Source of the DNA: Methanomassiliicoccaceae archaeon
Lineage (GTDB): Archaea; Thermoplasmatota; Thermoplasmata; Methanomassiliicoccales; Methanomassiliicoccaceae
Length of the DNA: 64,000 nucleotides
Assembly: GCA_040776945.1 (NCBI GenBank)
Contig: JAXGZN010000002.1
Location: 640,001-704,000, forward strand
Direction of reading: 5' to 3'
Both the position numbers and the translations under genes were made by a program. Shown one piece after another: positions 48,044 to 57,788 of this stretch (its first letter is position 1; the number at the start of each line of letters is the position of its first letter). Below the pieces are notes generated by a model. It was not told the DNA's origin and did no database searches. It worked only from the letters and a program-made list of their open reading frames with translations.

Positions 48044-49996
48044 ATGAGCCTGGGCGATATACTCCTGGTCCTGGCGGCCCTGTCCGCGCTGACGTGCATC
48101 ATAGCGGGCCTCATGGGACCTCGAGCCGCGGCGGGCCGGGCAGCGGCCTCGTCGCGCTTCGCCGCCCTGGCCGCCTTCGCATCGATCTCCGGCGCCCTTG
48201 TCCTGCTGGCCGCGGCCTTCGCCTCCTCCGACCTCAGCTACCGCTATGTATGGTCCCATTCATCCACAGGCCTGGACGCCTTCTATAAGCTGGTCGGCGT
48301 ATGGGCGGGGGGCGAGGGAGGATTGCTGCTGTGGGCTTGGCTGATGGCCCTGTTCCTGGCGGTCGAGGTGCTGGCTGAGAGGAGGCGGGAGGCCGGTCCA
48401 AAGTACGCCGCGGCGTTCCGGGTGGCGGCATCCAGCATCGTCCTTCTCTTCTCCCTTATCCTCATGGCCGCCGACCTGTTCGGCCCCACCAACAGCGCAG
48501 AGCTGCTTCTTCACCCTGAGGGCCTGGGAATGAACATCGCGCTGCAGACCGTGGAGATGGCCGTCCATCCGCCCCTGGTCTTTTCCGCCTACGCCGCCTG
48601 CCTGATGCTCTTCTCAGCATCCATGGGCAGGCTGGTGGCGGACGATGATGGCTGGAGGGATGCCGCGCTTCCCTGGGCCAAGGTCGCCGGAGCGCTCCTT
48701 CTCGCCGGTATCGCGGTCGGCGCGGTTTGGGCCTACTATGAGCTGGGGTGGGGAGGGTTCTGGGTCTGGGACCCGGTGGAGACCGCTTCGCTCTTCCCTT
48801 TCATCGCGGTCATCGCCTTCCTGCACGCGGACCGGTCCAGGGGCGCAAGGGAGGGGGCCCTGCAGCCTTTCTTAGGCACGCTTTCCTTCGTCTTCGTGCT
48901 CCTGGCCTCTTTCATCACCCGCACCGGGGGACTGTGGGGGTCCTCCGTCCACACCTATGGGAGCATGGTCAGCGGATCGCTGGAGGCTAGGCTCGTCACG
49001 GTGCTGACAGGCGACATGGGCGTGATGGGCCTGTTCGCGGTCATCATTGTGCTTTTCGCCATCTGCCTGGTCCTTTCCTACCGGACCATGCTTAGGGCGG
49101 GCGAGAGGGGGCGGGTGAGCGCCGGGGTCCTGGCTACCGTCGCCTCCCTGCTGATCTATGCGGCCCTCCTTCTCCTGCTGCTGATAAAGAACACCGGCCT
49201 GGACCAAGGGGCCAACTTCATCGAGATCACCGAGAAGACCACCCTGCTCTCCTTCCCCATGGCGCTCCTTCTGCTGTTCGGCCTGATAAGCGGCCCGCTG
49301 GGCCGACGGAACGCCGCGAGGGCATGCGCAGCGGTGGCCGCGGCCTCGGTCGCGCTGGCCGCGGCCGCCCTGATCCTCGGGACCTTTCCTTGGCTCGCAG
49401 CGCTCGCCGCACCACCCGCGGGGACGGTCATCGGCGCATCGGCGTATCGAATCGCCATGATCGACCGGGCGCCGCCCGCCAGGTGGCTGGGCGGGGCAGG
49501 CGGGCATCTCGTTCATGCCGGGATCGCCATCGTGCTGCTGAGCTTCATAATCTCCTCAACCATGCAGGCCCACCTCCCTGAGGACGATGGGAACATGTCC
49601 GTCGGCAGCGAGGCGAGGGTGGGCGGCCATACCATTATCCTTACCGGACTGAGCGTGAGACCTTGGACCTCTTCCACGGGGGAGGCGGGGGAGGAGAGGG
49701 CCGCCACCTTCGTGGTGAGGTCCGGCGGCCCCGAGATCACCGTGACCGTTTCCAACCTATACAAGGCGGAAGGTTCAGGTTTCACGCTGGTGCGCTCGGG
49801 GACGGCCATAATCAACGGCGCCGTCGAGGACCTCTATCTTGATTATGGGTGGGTGAACGGCGATACCGCGATGGTCCAAGCGAGGGTCGTTCCCTTGGTC
49901 AGCGAGGTATGGGCCGGGTTCGTCCTGGCGACCGCAGGCATGGTCGCCACGTTGTTCGGACGGCCTCCTCGGGAACGTCCGGACGATTTGTTCTGA
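48044..49996 (+). CDS. ccmF: Cytochrome c heme lyase CcmF/NrfE family
   Basis: W.G.EG.LLLW, HPP, WAY.ELGWGGFW.WDPVE.AS, LH, TR.G..SVH and H.G motifs; about 15 TM. Confidence 0.9.
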   Translation: MSLGDILLVLAALSALTCIIAGLMGPRAAAGRAAASSRFAALAAFASISGALVLLAAAFASSDLSYRYVWSHSSTGLDAFYKLVGVWAGGEGGLLLWAWLMALFLAVEVLAERRREAGPKYAAAFRVAASSIVLLFSLILMAADLFGPTNSAELLLHPEGLGMNIALQTVEMAVHPPLVFSAYAACLMLFSASMGRLVADDDGWRDAALPWAKVAGALLLAGIAVGAVWAYYELGWGGFWVWDPVETASLFPFIAVIAFLHADRSRGAREGALQPFLGTLSFVFVLLASFITRTGGLWGSSVHTYGSMVSGSLEARLVTVLTGDMGVMGLFAVIIVLFAICLVLSYRTMLRAGERGRVSAGVLATVASLLIYAALLLLLLIKNTGLDQGANFIEITEKTTLLSFPMALLLLFGLISGPLGRRNAARACAAVAAASVALAAAALILGTFPWLAALAAPPAGTVIGASAYRIAMIDRAPPARWLGGAGGHLVHAGIAIVLLSFIISSTMQAHLPEDDGNMSVGSEARVGGHTIILTGLSVRPWTSSTGEAGEERAATFVVRSGGPEITVTVSNLYKAEGSGFTLVRSGTAIINGAVEDLYLDYGWVNGDTAMVQARVVPLVSEVWAGFVLATAGMVATLFGRPPRERPDDLF

Positions 49997-50149
49997 ACCT
50001 TGCGGCCTTCGAGAGGGATATCGAGACCAGAATATGAGAGGGGTCACCTGCGTAGGATGAGCTTCGAGGCATGCTCCGGCCACGGTCAATATGGGCCCTT
50101 TGTAAAGTACGATCGATAAGAAAAAGGGAGGAAGGGTGAGCCTGGTGGC

Positions 50150-50989
50150 TCAGTTCATTTCCTTGGCCATCTTCTTGGTAAGCCCGTACGCTACCGGCAC
50201 CAGGAGGACTGCCAGCGCTATCGCGAACGCCCAGGACACGTTGGCAACTATCGAGGTGACGTTCGGGAAGGTGGCGAATATCGCGCCCGCGCCGATGATC
50301 AGGAAGATCGAGTACAGAACGAACTTTGCGTACCCGGCGACAGAGCGGAACTCGGCGTGGTCCTCGACGATGGACCGGACAAGGGTATCGGTCAAGATTA
50401 TGCCGACGCCGATGATCACGAAGCCGAGAATCAGCGGATAGATCGTTCCTCCGGACAGCAGCATGGTGTCGAGGGCCAGCAGGATGATGAAGGCGATCAG
50501 GCCGATGAACAGGAGGTTCTTGATCATATCGGCGATCTCTACCTTCTCGGGCGGGAACATCGGCCGGATCATCTTGCCGATGAAGTTAGCCAGGAAGTCC
50601 ACCAGAACCACGCCCAGTATGAGTATCAACAGACCGCCGAGAAGCCTCGGGAGGTAGTCGGCCACGACCGTGAGGTATGAGCCCAGCGTGCCGCCAATGC
50701 TCAGGATCTCGATGGCCCAGACGATGGCCAGGACGATGATGAAGGCCTTTACGAACATTCCGATGACGTTCGATAGGTCCAAACCGGCCGCTCTGAACGA
50801 TTTGCCGGTGCTGCTCTGATCGAACGCCCTCTCCATGCCGATCTTCTCGACCAGAATGTTAACGGCCTTCCCGACAATAGTGCCGACCAGCCAGCCGATG
50901 GCTATCACGATCACGGCGGCCAATATCGTCGGGATCGCGAGTATGATGTCCTCCACCATTAACTCCAATGTCTCTATGATGTCAACCAA
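50150..50989 (-). CDS. Membrane protein with MscS-type TM-helix repeats (CmpX-like)
   Basis: IP.ILAA..I..IGW.V and YLP.LL..L.I repeats. Confidence 0.65.
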   Translation of the reverse strand: MVDIIETLELMVEDIILAIPTILAAVIVIAIGWLVGTIVGKAVNILVEKIGMERAFDQSSTGKSFRAAGLDLSNVIGMFVKAFIIVLAIVWAIEILSIGGTLGSYLTVVADYLPRLLGGLLILILGVVLVDFLANFIGKMIRPMFPPEKVEIADMIKNLLFIGLIAFIILLALDTMLLSGGTIYPLILGFVIIGVGIILTDTLVRSIVEDHAEFRSVAGYAKFVLYSIFLIIGAGAIFATFPNVTSIVANVSWAFAIALAVLLVPVAYGLTKKMAKEMN

Positions 50990-51607
50990 CTCTAATCACT
51001 TCCTTTGCATGGGGAGCCGAATCTTCATATATGCATTATTTTTATTTTTTTCGTTATATGTTGATTCTTATGCTTCAAAATATAAATATCTGGATATCCA
51101 TTCTTGCGAGTTAAAAAATTTGTCCTTATAATGAACATAATGCCTGCCGTCCTTCCTTGAGCAATCCAAACGGCCCTTGGGACGCTTTTTTCGGCAGCGG
51201 TCCGCCGGTCCTCGTAGCCGGCATGCTCAAGGCCGCGGCGGTCCGGTAACAAATTCTGATGGCCGGAGACGGAGGCGGGCATATCGCCGGTCCGGACGGC
51301 ACCGGGCCTCTTTGCTCGATGCTTGAACCATGTTGTCATTCCATTGCAGTGTTCGCCGGGCGCATCGGGCCTGGGCGTCGTTGCTCCATTCGGGGCGATG
51401 TCCCTCCTGATCGACATCACCTTTGTTGGGCGGCCCCCATCTTCTAACGCCATAGTTCCTTCCGCAATCGACCAGCGAGGTTATTTCATGACAGGGTCAC
51501 GTCGCCTCCAACAGACGTCCGACGATGAGTCCTGGTCAACGTTATGTGATGGGACAACTAAGGTTCGATGCCGTAAGGTTTTACGTGAAGGGTCATGCCG
51601 GCGCCGA

Positions 51608-52159
51608 TCACGCGCTGGTGATGAGGCCGAGCTTCCTGCGCAGGATCTCGGCGGTCTCAGGCACAAGGTCCGTTGACCAGAAGATGCGCTCGTAGACGTC
51701 CTCGGGAGTCCAGGCCTGGACATCCTTGGCCGAGAGGTGGGCCACGGCCAGGAGCCTCTCCAACACTTTCTCATCGCTCGTGGCGGGAAGAGCGTTGATG
51801 TTGACGGGGCCGAAGGTGGCGAAGCTGGAGGCCAGACGCAGGCCGTTCATCAGCGCCTGCCTTTTCTCTCGTCCGAAGAGCTCGTAGGCCAGCTTCTCCG
51901 CCAGGGCGGACAGGGACTCCTTGATCTCCGGCGGGATGCCTTGCAGCCCGCCGATCTCCCTCTTTAGGTCGTTCGAGCGTGCCTTGGTCAGAAGCCGGCA
52001 GTCGGTTGAGCGGATCACCAGCCGCTCCAGGACCGAGTCGTACATGTCCAGGGGGTCCCTGTCCCTGAGCTGCGGAACGTTGGTGTAGCCGACCGCATAG
52101 ACCAACAAGGCCGCGGACGGCGTGATGCCCGGCACTTTAATGATGTCCATCAATGGCAT
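51608..52159 (-). CDS. Hypothetical protein with HhH/DUF4332-like N-terminus
   Basis: VPGI.P..A.L...G..NV.QL...DP motif. Confidence 0.5.
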   Translation of the reverse strand: MPLMDIIKVPGITPSAALLVYAVGYTNVPQLRDRDPLDMYDSVLERLVIRSTDCRLLTKARSNDLKREIGGLQGIPPEIKESLSALAEKLAYELFGREKRQALMNGLRLASSFATFGPVNINALPATSDEKVLERLLAVAHLSAKDVQAWTPEDVYERIFWSTDLVPETAEILRRKLGLITSA

Positions 52160-52333
52160 AGAGCGCTCACCTGGCTCGAATAATATTGAGGAGGTAGATA
52201 TCAATTGCTATGGGGACCTTTGGTCCCGGGGGTCGGTACAGCGTGTTCTGGCAGGGAGGAAGGGAACGGGACGAAGCGGGTCTTTCATCCCGAAGTAGGT
52301 CTTTACCGGCCGCTGTTCCATATCGGCCGCAGC

Positions 52334-52933
52334 TCAACCGCCATTGTGTTTCAGCATCTCCTGTACCAGGGCCATGATGTCAGAACAGGTGGCATTCGCA
52401 TCGATATTGCCGCGAACCTCTCCGCTTGGAAAGCCCTCGGTTATGACGTTGATGTATAGATTTCCCGCGTCCAGCTCGCCAATGAACTTGGCCATTGAGG
52501 CCCCGGCCATCGGTCCGGTGAGGGTACGTTCGGTAATGGAGCCCAGAGCGATAATGCCTTCATCATCCTCGCCATGTCTGGTATGCATTACAAGGGAGAG
52601 ATATGCGACCGCTTCACCGGTCTCCCTTCCATCCCGGGCCCAATTGATGCTCACCTGGGTTACGTCGTCGTCAAGCTCAGAGACGTGGACCATGTAGCAT
52701 ATCTCGTTCAGACCGTCATTGAGCCAAAAGACCGCGACCCCAGTGCCTTCAGTATAAACTGGGTGAGGTCTCACTTGGTCTCCGAACAGCGGCACTATTA
52801 CGGCTGGGTTCCAGCCGTGCGTCCCATCTTTTTCGGTCTGAGCATTCGTGGCAGTGAATATCACAGCCACGGCCGCGACGACAGCAACGAGCAAGCCAAA
52901 TGCGATCATTACCTTGCCAAGTTCCATTCTCAT
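52334..52933 (-). CDS. Secreted CHRD-domain protein
   Basis: Signal peptide; L.G.Q..P.V.T..TG.A and G.LY.NV.T..FP.GEVRG motifs. Confidence 0.8.
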   Translation of the reverse strand: MRMELGKVMIAFGLLVAVVAAVAVIFTATNAQTEKDGTHGWNPAVIVPLFGDQVRPHPVYTEGTGVAVFWLNDGLNEICYMVHVSELDDDVTQVSINWARDGRETGEAVAYLSLVMHTRHGEDDEGIIALGSITERTLTGPMAGASMAKFIGELDAGNLYINVITEGFPSGEVRGNIDANATCSDIMALVQEMLKHNGG

Positions 52934-53281
52934 CCCTCGTCCCTCGACCTCTGACCTTCAGGATTAATAATTAGCTCCTCAGCTAAGGCGAGGGTTAACT
53001 GTCAAGTCGCTGAGATAACGAAAATCGGCGAGTTATCGAACAGCGGGGACAACCGCCCTTGGCCGAGCCTATCGGGCCTGCCCGCGCAACGATGATGAGC
53101 GTCCGAGCATGAGCGACCTATTATGCAATGGTTAGACGTCCATGTGTATGGACGTGACTTTGTTCAGAGTCGGTGGCGTTCGGCCGTCCCGTCCAGATCT
53201 AAAACAGAAAGGAATCGGCCATCGAGGTACTTCAGAGATGTGCCGCCCTTGGTCCGAACATTAACTCATGCGTTCCTATGA

Positions 53282-53479
53282 CATGATCTGCGCCGCGGCG
53301 GGAGCCATATGATGTATCGGGCCGGCGTCCAGCTCGAAAAGATAGCCTGAATATTCGGGCATTCGGACAGTAGGACGACCGCCCATTACATTGGGCTCGA
53401 TATAAAGGATATGAGCGCTCGTATGGAGATTCAGTGTATGTGGGAATTTCCGCGTTTCACTGAAAATAGTAAGAAATGA
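53282..53479 (+). pseudogene. Tyrosine integrase C-terminal remnant
   Basis: HDLRR...GVQLEKIA*IFGHSD.RTT.HYIGLD..DM with internal TGA at 53348; ends just before the att copy. Confidence 0.75.
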
Positions 53480-53494
53480 GACAGGTCGGGAAAT

Positions 53495-53513
53495 TGGTGG
53501 ACAGAGCTGGATT
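53495..53513 (-). repeat. att site: duplicated 3' end of tRNA-Ala (with CCA)
   Basis: GTGGACAGAGCTGGATT (53497-53513) vs GTGGACAGAGCGGGATT (63493-63509), 16/17 identical. Confidence 0.8.
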
Positions 53514-53810
53514 ACTTTCCAAGAAACTAACTGGCTGGAGCCCGTTTTGAACCACGTTCGGTTCACCACCCCCGATCGAGGGTTGATGAGAAAGTAAATC
53601 AAACCTTTTCCTCGCCTTTTTTATAAACCGCCTATTCAGCACTAGTATGCCCACTCCTCAATACTCCCCTTATTTTCCTTATCCTCTTAATTATTATCAA
53701 CACTCTCACCTCATTGAATTAATGACCTCAAAGGTAGAGCAGAGCAAAGGGGATAGCTTAGTACTAATAGGTCGATCAGGACCGATCGCCTCGTGCGTGG
53801 TTCCATATGT

Positions 53811-54725
53811 TCATACCGGGCCTGCAGGGCTAAAGTTGGCAAACTTGCCAATCCTGAGCCTTTCTGATCGGTAGACCTCCCTTATGCCCATCCTGTGAAG
53901 TCTCTCACGATCCGGTACCTCGTCTCTGAGTTCCCTCTGTGCAAGGACGCTTCTCACAGAATCGGTCGAGAGCATTCCTTCCCAAATGGGCCAGGAGAAG
54001 AAATCCTTCTTGTTCATTCTTGTGAAACCTGTTGTCTCTAGCTGACCATCCCTTACAACGCTAGGGAATAGTTGAAGTCCCCGATATGCCAACAGGTTGG
54101 CAGCCCAGACCGTCTTGGGCGGCGAACCGCTTGGATTTTCCCACATGAGCGCATATCTCCGGTCCTCGACGGGGTCCCAGCGCATAGAGTGCTTAGGATC
54201 GTTGTATGTCCATCTATCAAAGAGGCATTGATGGATCTTCTTCTGATCTACGCATCCGATGAGGTCCCTGACGGTCTTAAGAAAGTATTGATGGCCTGAC
54301 CCCTTGATGAAACAGAAAGGGGTGACATATATTTTTCCGCTTTCCTCATCCATACATATGGTACAGCCGAAATTCGTCATCAGATCGACAGAGGTGCGAT
54401 CGGTCGAGCGAGCTTCATCCACTACCTTTATGGCATGTGCCTTGAACACATCCTGACCAACAACGACGTTATCTCCCAGTTCGAGCTCTGTGGTCTTTTT
54501 CTTTAAGCTTTGGTAGATACGGTCCGACAACTGCTCATCTGTAATGGGATTTTCCACTCTCAAAACAGGGTGCCACGTATCTTCCTCTGACCATGACATT
54601 CGTGCACGTATGGAATGATCGGAGGATATGACCGCAAGAACCCCCAATGCGCTTAGATAGCCCAGTGGGTTGATGCCGTCAAGCCCTCTCAGTACTTTGT
54701 CTGATCCAGACGGATCGGAGCTCAT
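53811..54725 (-). CDS. cas8g: Type I-G (I-U) Cas8g2/Csb3-like 'Cas3-extension' protein
   Basis: L.GLDG.NPLG.L.ALG, WD..EDR.YAL, AN.LA..GL..FP and F.WP.W motifs; overlaps the cas3 stop. Confidence 0.7.
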   Translation of the reverse strand: MSSDPSGSDKVLRGLDGINPLGYLSALGVLAVISSDHSIRARMSWSEEDTWHPVLRVENPITDEQLSDRIYQSLKKKTTELELGDNVVVGQDVFKAHAIKVVDEARSTDRTSVDLMTNFGCTICMDEESGKIYVTPFCFIKGSGHQYFLKTVRDLIGCVDQKKIHQCLFDRWTYNDPKHSMRWDPVEDRRYALMWENPSGSPPKTVWAANLLAYRGLQLFPSVVRDGQLETTGFTRMNKKDFFSWPIWEGMLSTDSVRSVLAQRELRDEVPDRERLHRMGIREVYRSERLRIGKFANFSPAGPV

Positions 54726-55945
54726 TCTAGGCCCTCCTCATCTGCCGACTCATATATTAGATCGTATTCACTTGAGCGATGGTCAGCCAACCTGAGGATA
54801 GCTTCGAGGTAGGCTTCCCCCCACCAGCCAAACCGCCTTATGCCTTCCCAGAATCGATCGCCAACACCGCTGCCCACTAGATCCATTCCAGTATCGCTGG
54901 AGTGCCTTAGAATCGAACCTCCGGTTTCGAGGGTGACCTCGCGAGGGCTTTGGTCCCAGACCACAGGGGCGAATGGTCGGCAACGACCGTGGTGGCTTGA
55001 GATCAGGTGGAGAATCAGGTCGCGTTCAACACCGAGCTCTATCTGTTCCGCCAAACGCGCCGAAAGCAGCTCGTGCCTTCCGCCCTTGGGGTAGCCTGCC
55101 CTGATTCGTGCCTGTTCGTATTGGGTGAACGTGGATGCTAACCAATCCGATTTCGCCAATAGATCCGTACCTGCGGCTGCGGCCCTTATATCTCCGCCGC
55201 GAAGGAGGGCCTGAAATCTTATGTCGGCTTTGCCTGTGTCATGCAAAGCTGAGGCCTTTTTCATTGGAACAACAAACGAGCTTGGCAGGGTTTTTATGCA
55301 AAACTCGCTGGCGATTCGTTCAACACTATCCGAGTGAGAGCTAAGAGTCACAGGTGCGGCTGGTCCATCTCTCGATCGCACTCTTCCTTTCTCGCCCCAA
55401 ATGATCAATCCTTGTCCCTGAGGATATGGAACTACGTTGGTGCGTTTTAGACTGGCCACGCCGTTCACGATCTCCCCCATTCGCCCGGGCAAGCCACTAG
55501 CGTTCGTCAACTCGCTCAATGCGTCCCTTAGATCATCTACGAAGTCGTTATCATATGATCTCTCGGCAAGATTGGGATCATTGATCAGATCTAGGATCCT
55601 ATCTTTCACCCTCGATGCTGGCCAATTTGAAATCAATGACGGATGTAGTCTCAGCAGGACTCGTTTCCCCGTTACGAATGCAGCCTCATCTCCACGGTCA
55701 ATGGCGGCCGAGTTGGGAGGAACGTCTGGGATGTGTCCGAGCGACTCTCAACCTCCCATGGAAGAGGGCAGAACAACGATTTCCCCCGGCTGTACCTCAC
55801 TAGGATTGTCTACGACCCTGCTCTCAGCACCGCCCCTCCACACGAGCATGTGCATCGGACACATCGGCTCTCCCCCCTCATTAGAGGTAAACGCCCCCTC
55901 TACGTCCGTCAGGTCCGAATCGTGGTTGACCGTTCTCACCAACGG
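54722..55945 (-). pseudogene. cas3: Truncated type I-G Cas3 (C-terminal HD nuclease kept, helicase lost, internal TGA)
   Basis: L..H...V, LHD.GKAD.RFQ, RHE..S, HL..SHHG..RP and GWWG.AYLE..LRLAD motifs; in-frame TGA at 55748-55750. Confidence 0.8.
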
Positions 55946-56051
55946 ACATATTGAGAGACGAGGACTGGGAGATTATCGGCGGAAGAACGATGAGATGTTC
56001 AAGGGTGGTGCTGGCCCGTAGGAACTGGTCGCGACCGGCGCGACACCTATT

Positions 56052-56078
56052 AATACGAATTAAATATTCTTGTTACTA
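56052..56078. promoter_or_regulatory. Putative metal-regulator operator AATAC-N15-GTTACTA (copy 1)
   Basis: Same half-sites and spacing as 60251-60277. Confidence 0.5.
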
Positions 56079-56137
56079 ATGCACGGAAAATGCTGGGTTC
56101 GGTCCTCCGGAGGAGTCCATGCATCAGAGGCTCTTAT

Positions 56138-56995
56138 ATGCTGGACGTGAAAAACATCGAGTTCTCGTACAATGAGGAGAGGGTCCTGGAGGATGTATCC
56201 TTTCAGGCCGTAGAAAATGAGGTCATATCTATCATGGGACCGAACGGCGTGGGCAAGACCACCCTTCTCAAATGCTTGTGCAACTTCCATCGTCCCCAGA
56301 ATGGGAAGATAACCATAGACGGTAAGGATGTGTCGTCCATATCGAGCCGGGAGCTGGCCAAGCATATAGGATATGTTCCGCAGCGGGCGAACACCACCAG
56401 GTCGACGGTGTTCGATTCGGTCTTGATCGGACGACGACCTTACATAGAGATATCAGCCACCAAGAGGGACCTCGAGGTCGCATGGAACGCGCTGGACTCG
56501 CTTGGCCTGGGTAGCCTGGCCTTGCGATACGTCGACGAGATCAGCGGCGGCGAGCTTCAGAAGGTGCATATCGCCCGGGCCATGGTGCAGGAACCCCGAA
56601 TACTGGTGCTGGACGAACCAACCAACAACCTTGACATCGCCAATCAGCATGTCACGTTGCACAATATAATTGATGCCGTGCGTTCCAGGGGGATGTGCAC
56701 GATAATGACCATGCACGACATCAACTTGGCCGTGCATTATTCGGACCGGCTCATGTTCATGAAGGGAGGGCGCATCTTCGCCTTCGGGGGACCGGATATT
56801 ATCGACGAGAGGTTGATCAAGGAGGTATACGGGATAGATGCGGACGTGATCATGCATAAGGGCGTCCCCTTCGTCATCCCCCATACCGCCAAGAACGGTC
56901 ATCCGAGATACACGCATAACCACGTTCATGCGGTCGATCACGACCCCTCAGACCACGTGCATGAGGCTCTTGGAATAGCCCAGGCCAAGGACTGA
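56138..56995 (+). CDS. Iron-chelate/cobalamin-type ABC transporter ATPase with His-rich tail
   Basis: GPNGVGKT, ISGGE.Q, LDEPTNNLD and HDINLA motifs; C-terminal HNHVHAVDHDPSDHVH. Confidence 0.9.
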   Translation: MLDVKNIEFSYNEERVLEDVSFQAVENEVISIMGPNGVGKTTLLKCLCNFHRPQNGKITIDGKDVSSISSRELAKHIGYVPQRANTTRSTVFDSVLIGRRPYIEISATKRDLEVAWNALDSLGLGSLALRYVDEISGGELQKVHIARAMVQEPRILVLDEPTNNLDIANQHVTLHNIIDAVRSRGMCTIMTMHDINLAVHYSDRLMFMKGGRIFAFGGPDIIDERLIKEVYGIDADVIMHKGVPFVIPHTAKNGHPRYTHNHVHAVDHDPSDHVHEALGIAQAKD

Positions 56996-56996
56996 G

Positions 56997-57788
56997 CTAC
57001 ACGTCCCATACCAGTAGTCTCATCCTGTTCAGGCACCTGAACCTGAACTCCCCACCCTCGACCATCGGTTCCAGCACCTTTCGTACGGCCGGTTCGACCT
57101 CCATGCCCTTCCCATAAGGCCTGAAGTCCCGGACAATCTCCGAGACAGCCGTTTCCAACGGAATGGAACGCTCCACCGGGGTGCTGAACTCGGTGACCTC
57201 CGGCCTCCTGCCGATCGATCTGAGTTTCCTCTCCACCAGGTCGGACCCCCTTTCGGCGAAGGAGTAATTCTTGCCCATCTCCCTCCAGACCTCGGCGTGC
57301 AGGTCATCCCAGCCGTTGACGATCCACATGATGTGTGCGCAATGGTGGTCGGTCCAAGCTTCCATCCTTTTTAGCCCTTCGACGGACCCTGTCCCGGGAC
57401 ACAGGGAGGACACAACCGCCGAGCTCCTCCTCTCCGGCTCGTACTCCATGACGTCCGCCTTGACCAATGTGACATTGCTATATCCCATATCTCGCACGGA
57501 GCTCGAAAGGCGGTCCAGCATGACCTGGGAGGTGTCTAGGCCCACCACTGACCTGACCAAGGGTGCCATTGGGAGGGTATACGTTCCAGGACCGCAACCG
57601 AGTTCCAGTACGGTCGCATCGCAGTCTAGGACCCCGGTTCGGTGCAGATGCCCGACGATCTCGTTGACCATGGACCCCTGCTGCGTTCCCGAATACCAGG
57701 AGGCGATGTCGTCCCAGAAGTGGAGCGCCCTCTGCCTGTCGAACCCCTCCCCGACGAACGGGTGGGACCCGGACCGTTGACAGTTCAT
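56997..57788 (-). CDS. Class I SAM-dependent methyltransferase (metal-ABC-associated)
   Basis: FWD..A..Y, VLELGCGPGT and LDTS..ML motifs; overlaps the permease stop. Confidence 0.85.
   Translation of the reverse strand: MNCQRSGSHPFVGEGFDRQRALHFWDDIASWYSGTQQGSMVNEIVGHLHRTGVLDCDATVLELGCGPGTYTLPMAPLVRSVVGLDTSQVMLDRLSSSVRDMGYSNVTLVKADVMEYEPERRSSAVVSSLCPGTGSVEGLKRMEAWTDHHCAHIMWIVNGWDDLHAEVWREMGKNYSFAERGSDLVERKLRSIGRRPEVTEFSTPVERSIPLETAVSEIVRDFRPYGKGMEVEPAVRKVLEPMVEGGEFRFRCLNRMRLLVWDV

Noticed and set aside
53514-53810. Possible CRISPR array or leader next to the cas genes; CCTCATTGAA at 53709-53718 resembles type I-G repeat ends
   Set aside because: Single short match; no regularly spaced repeats seen here or elsewhere in the window.
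55748-55750. In-frame TGA in cas3 as selenocysteine
   Set aside because: No SECIS recognised and the gene is already truncated; likely a nonsense mutation.
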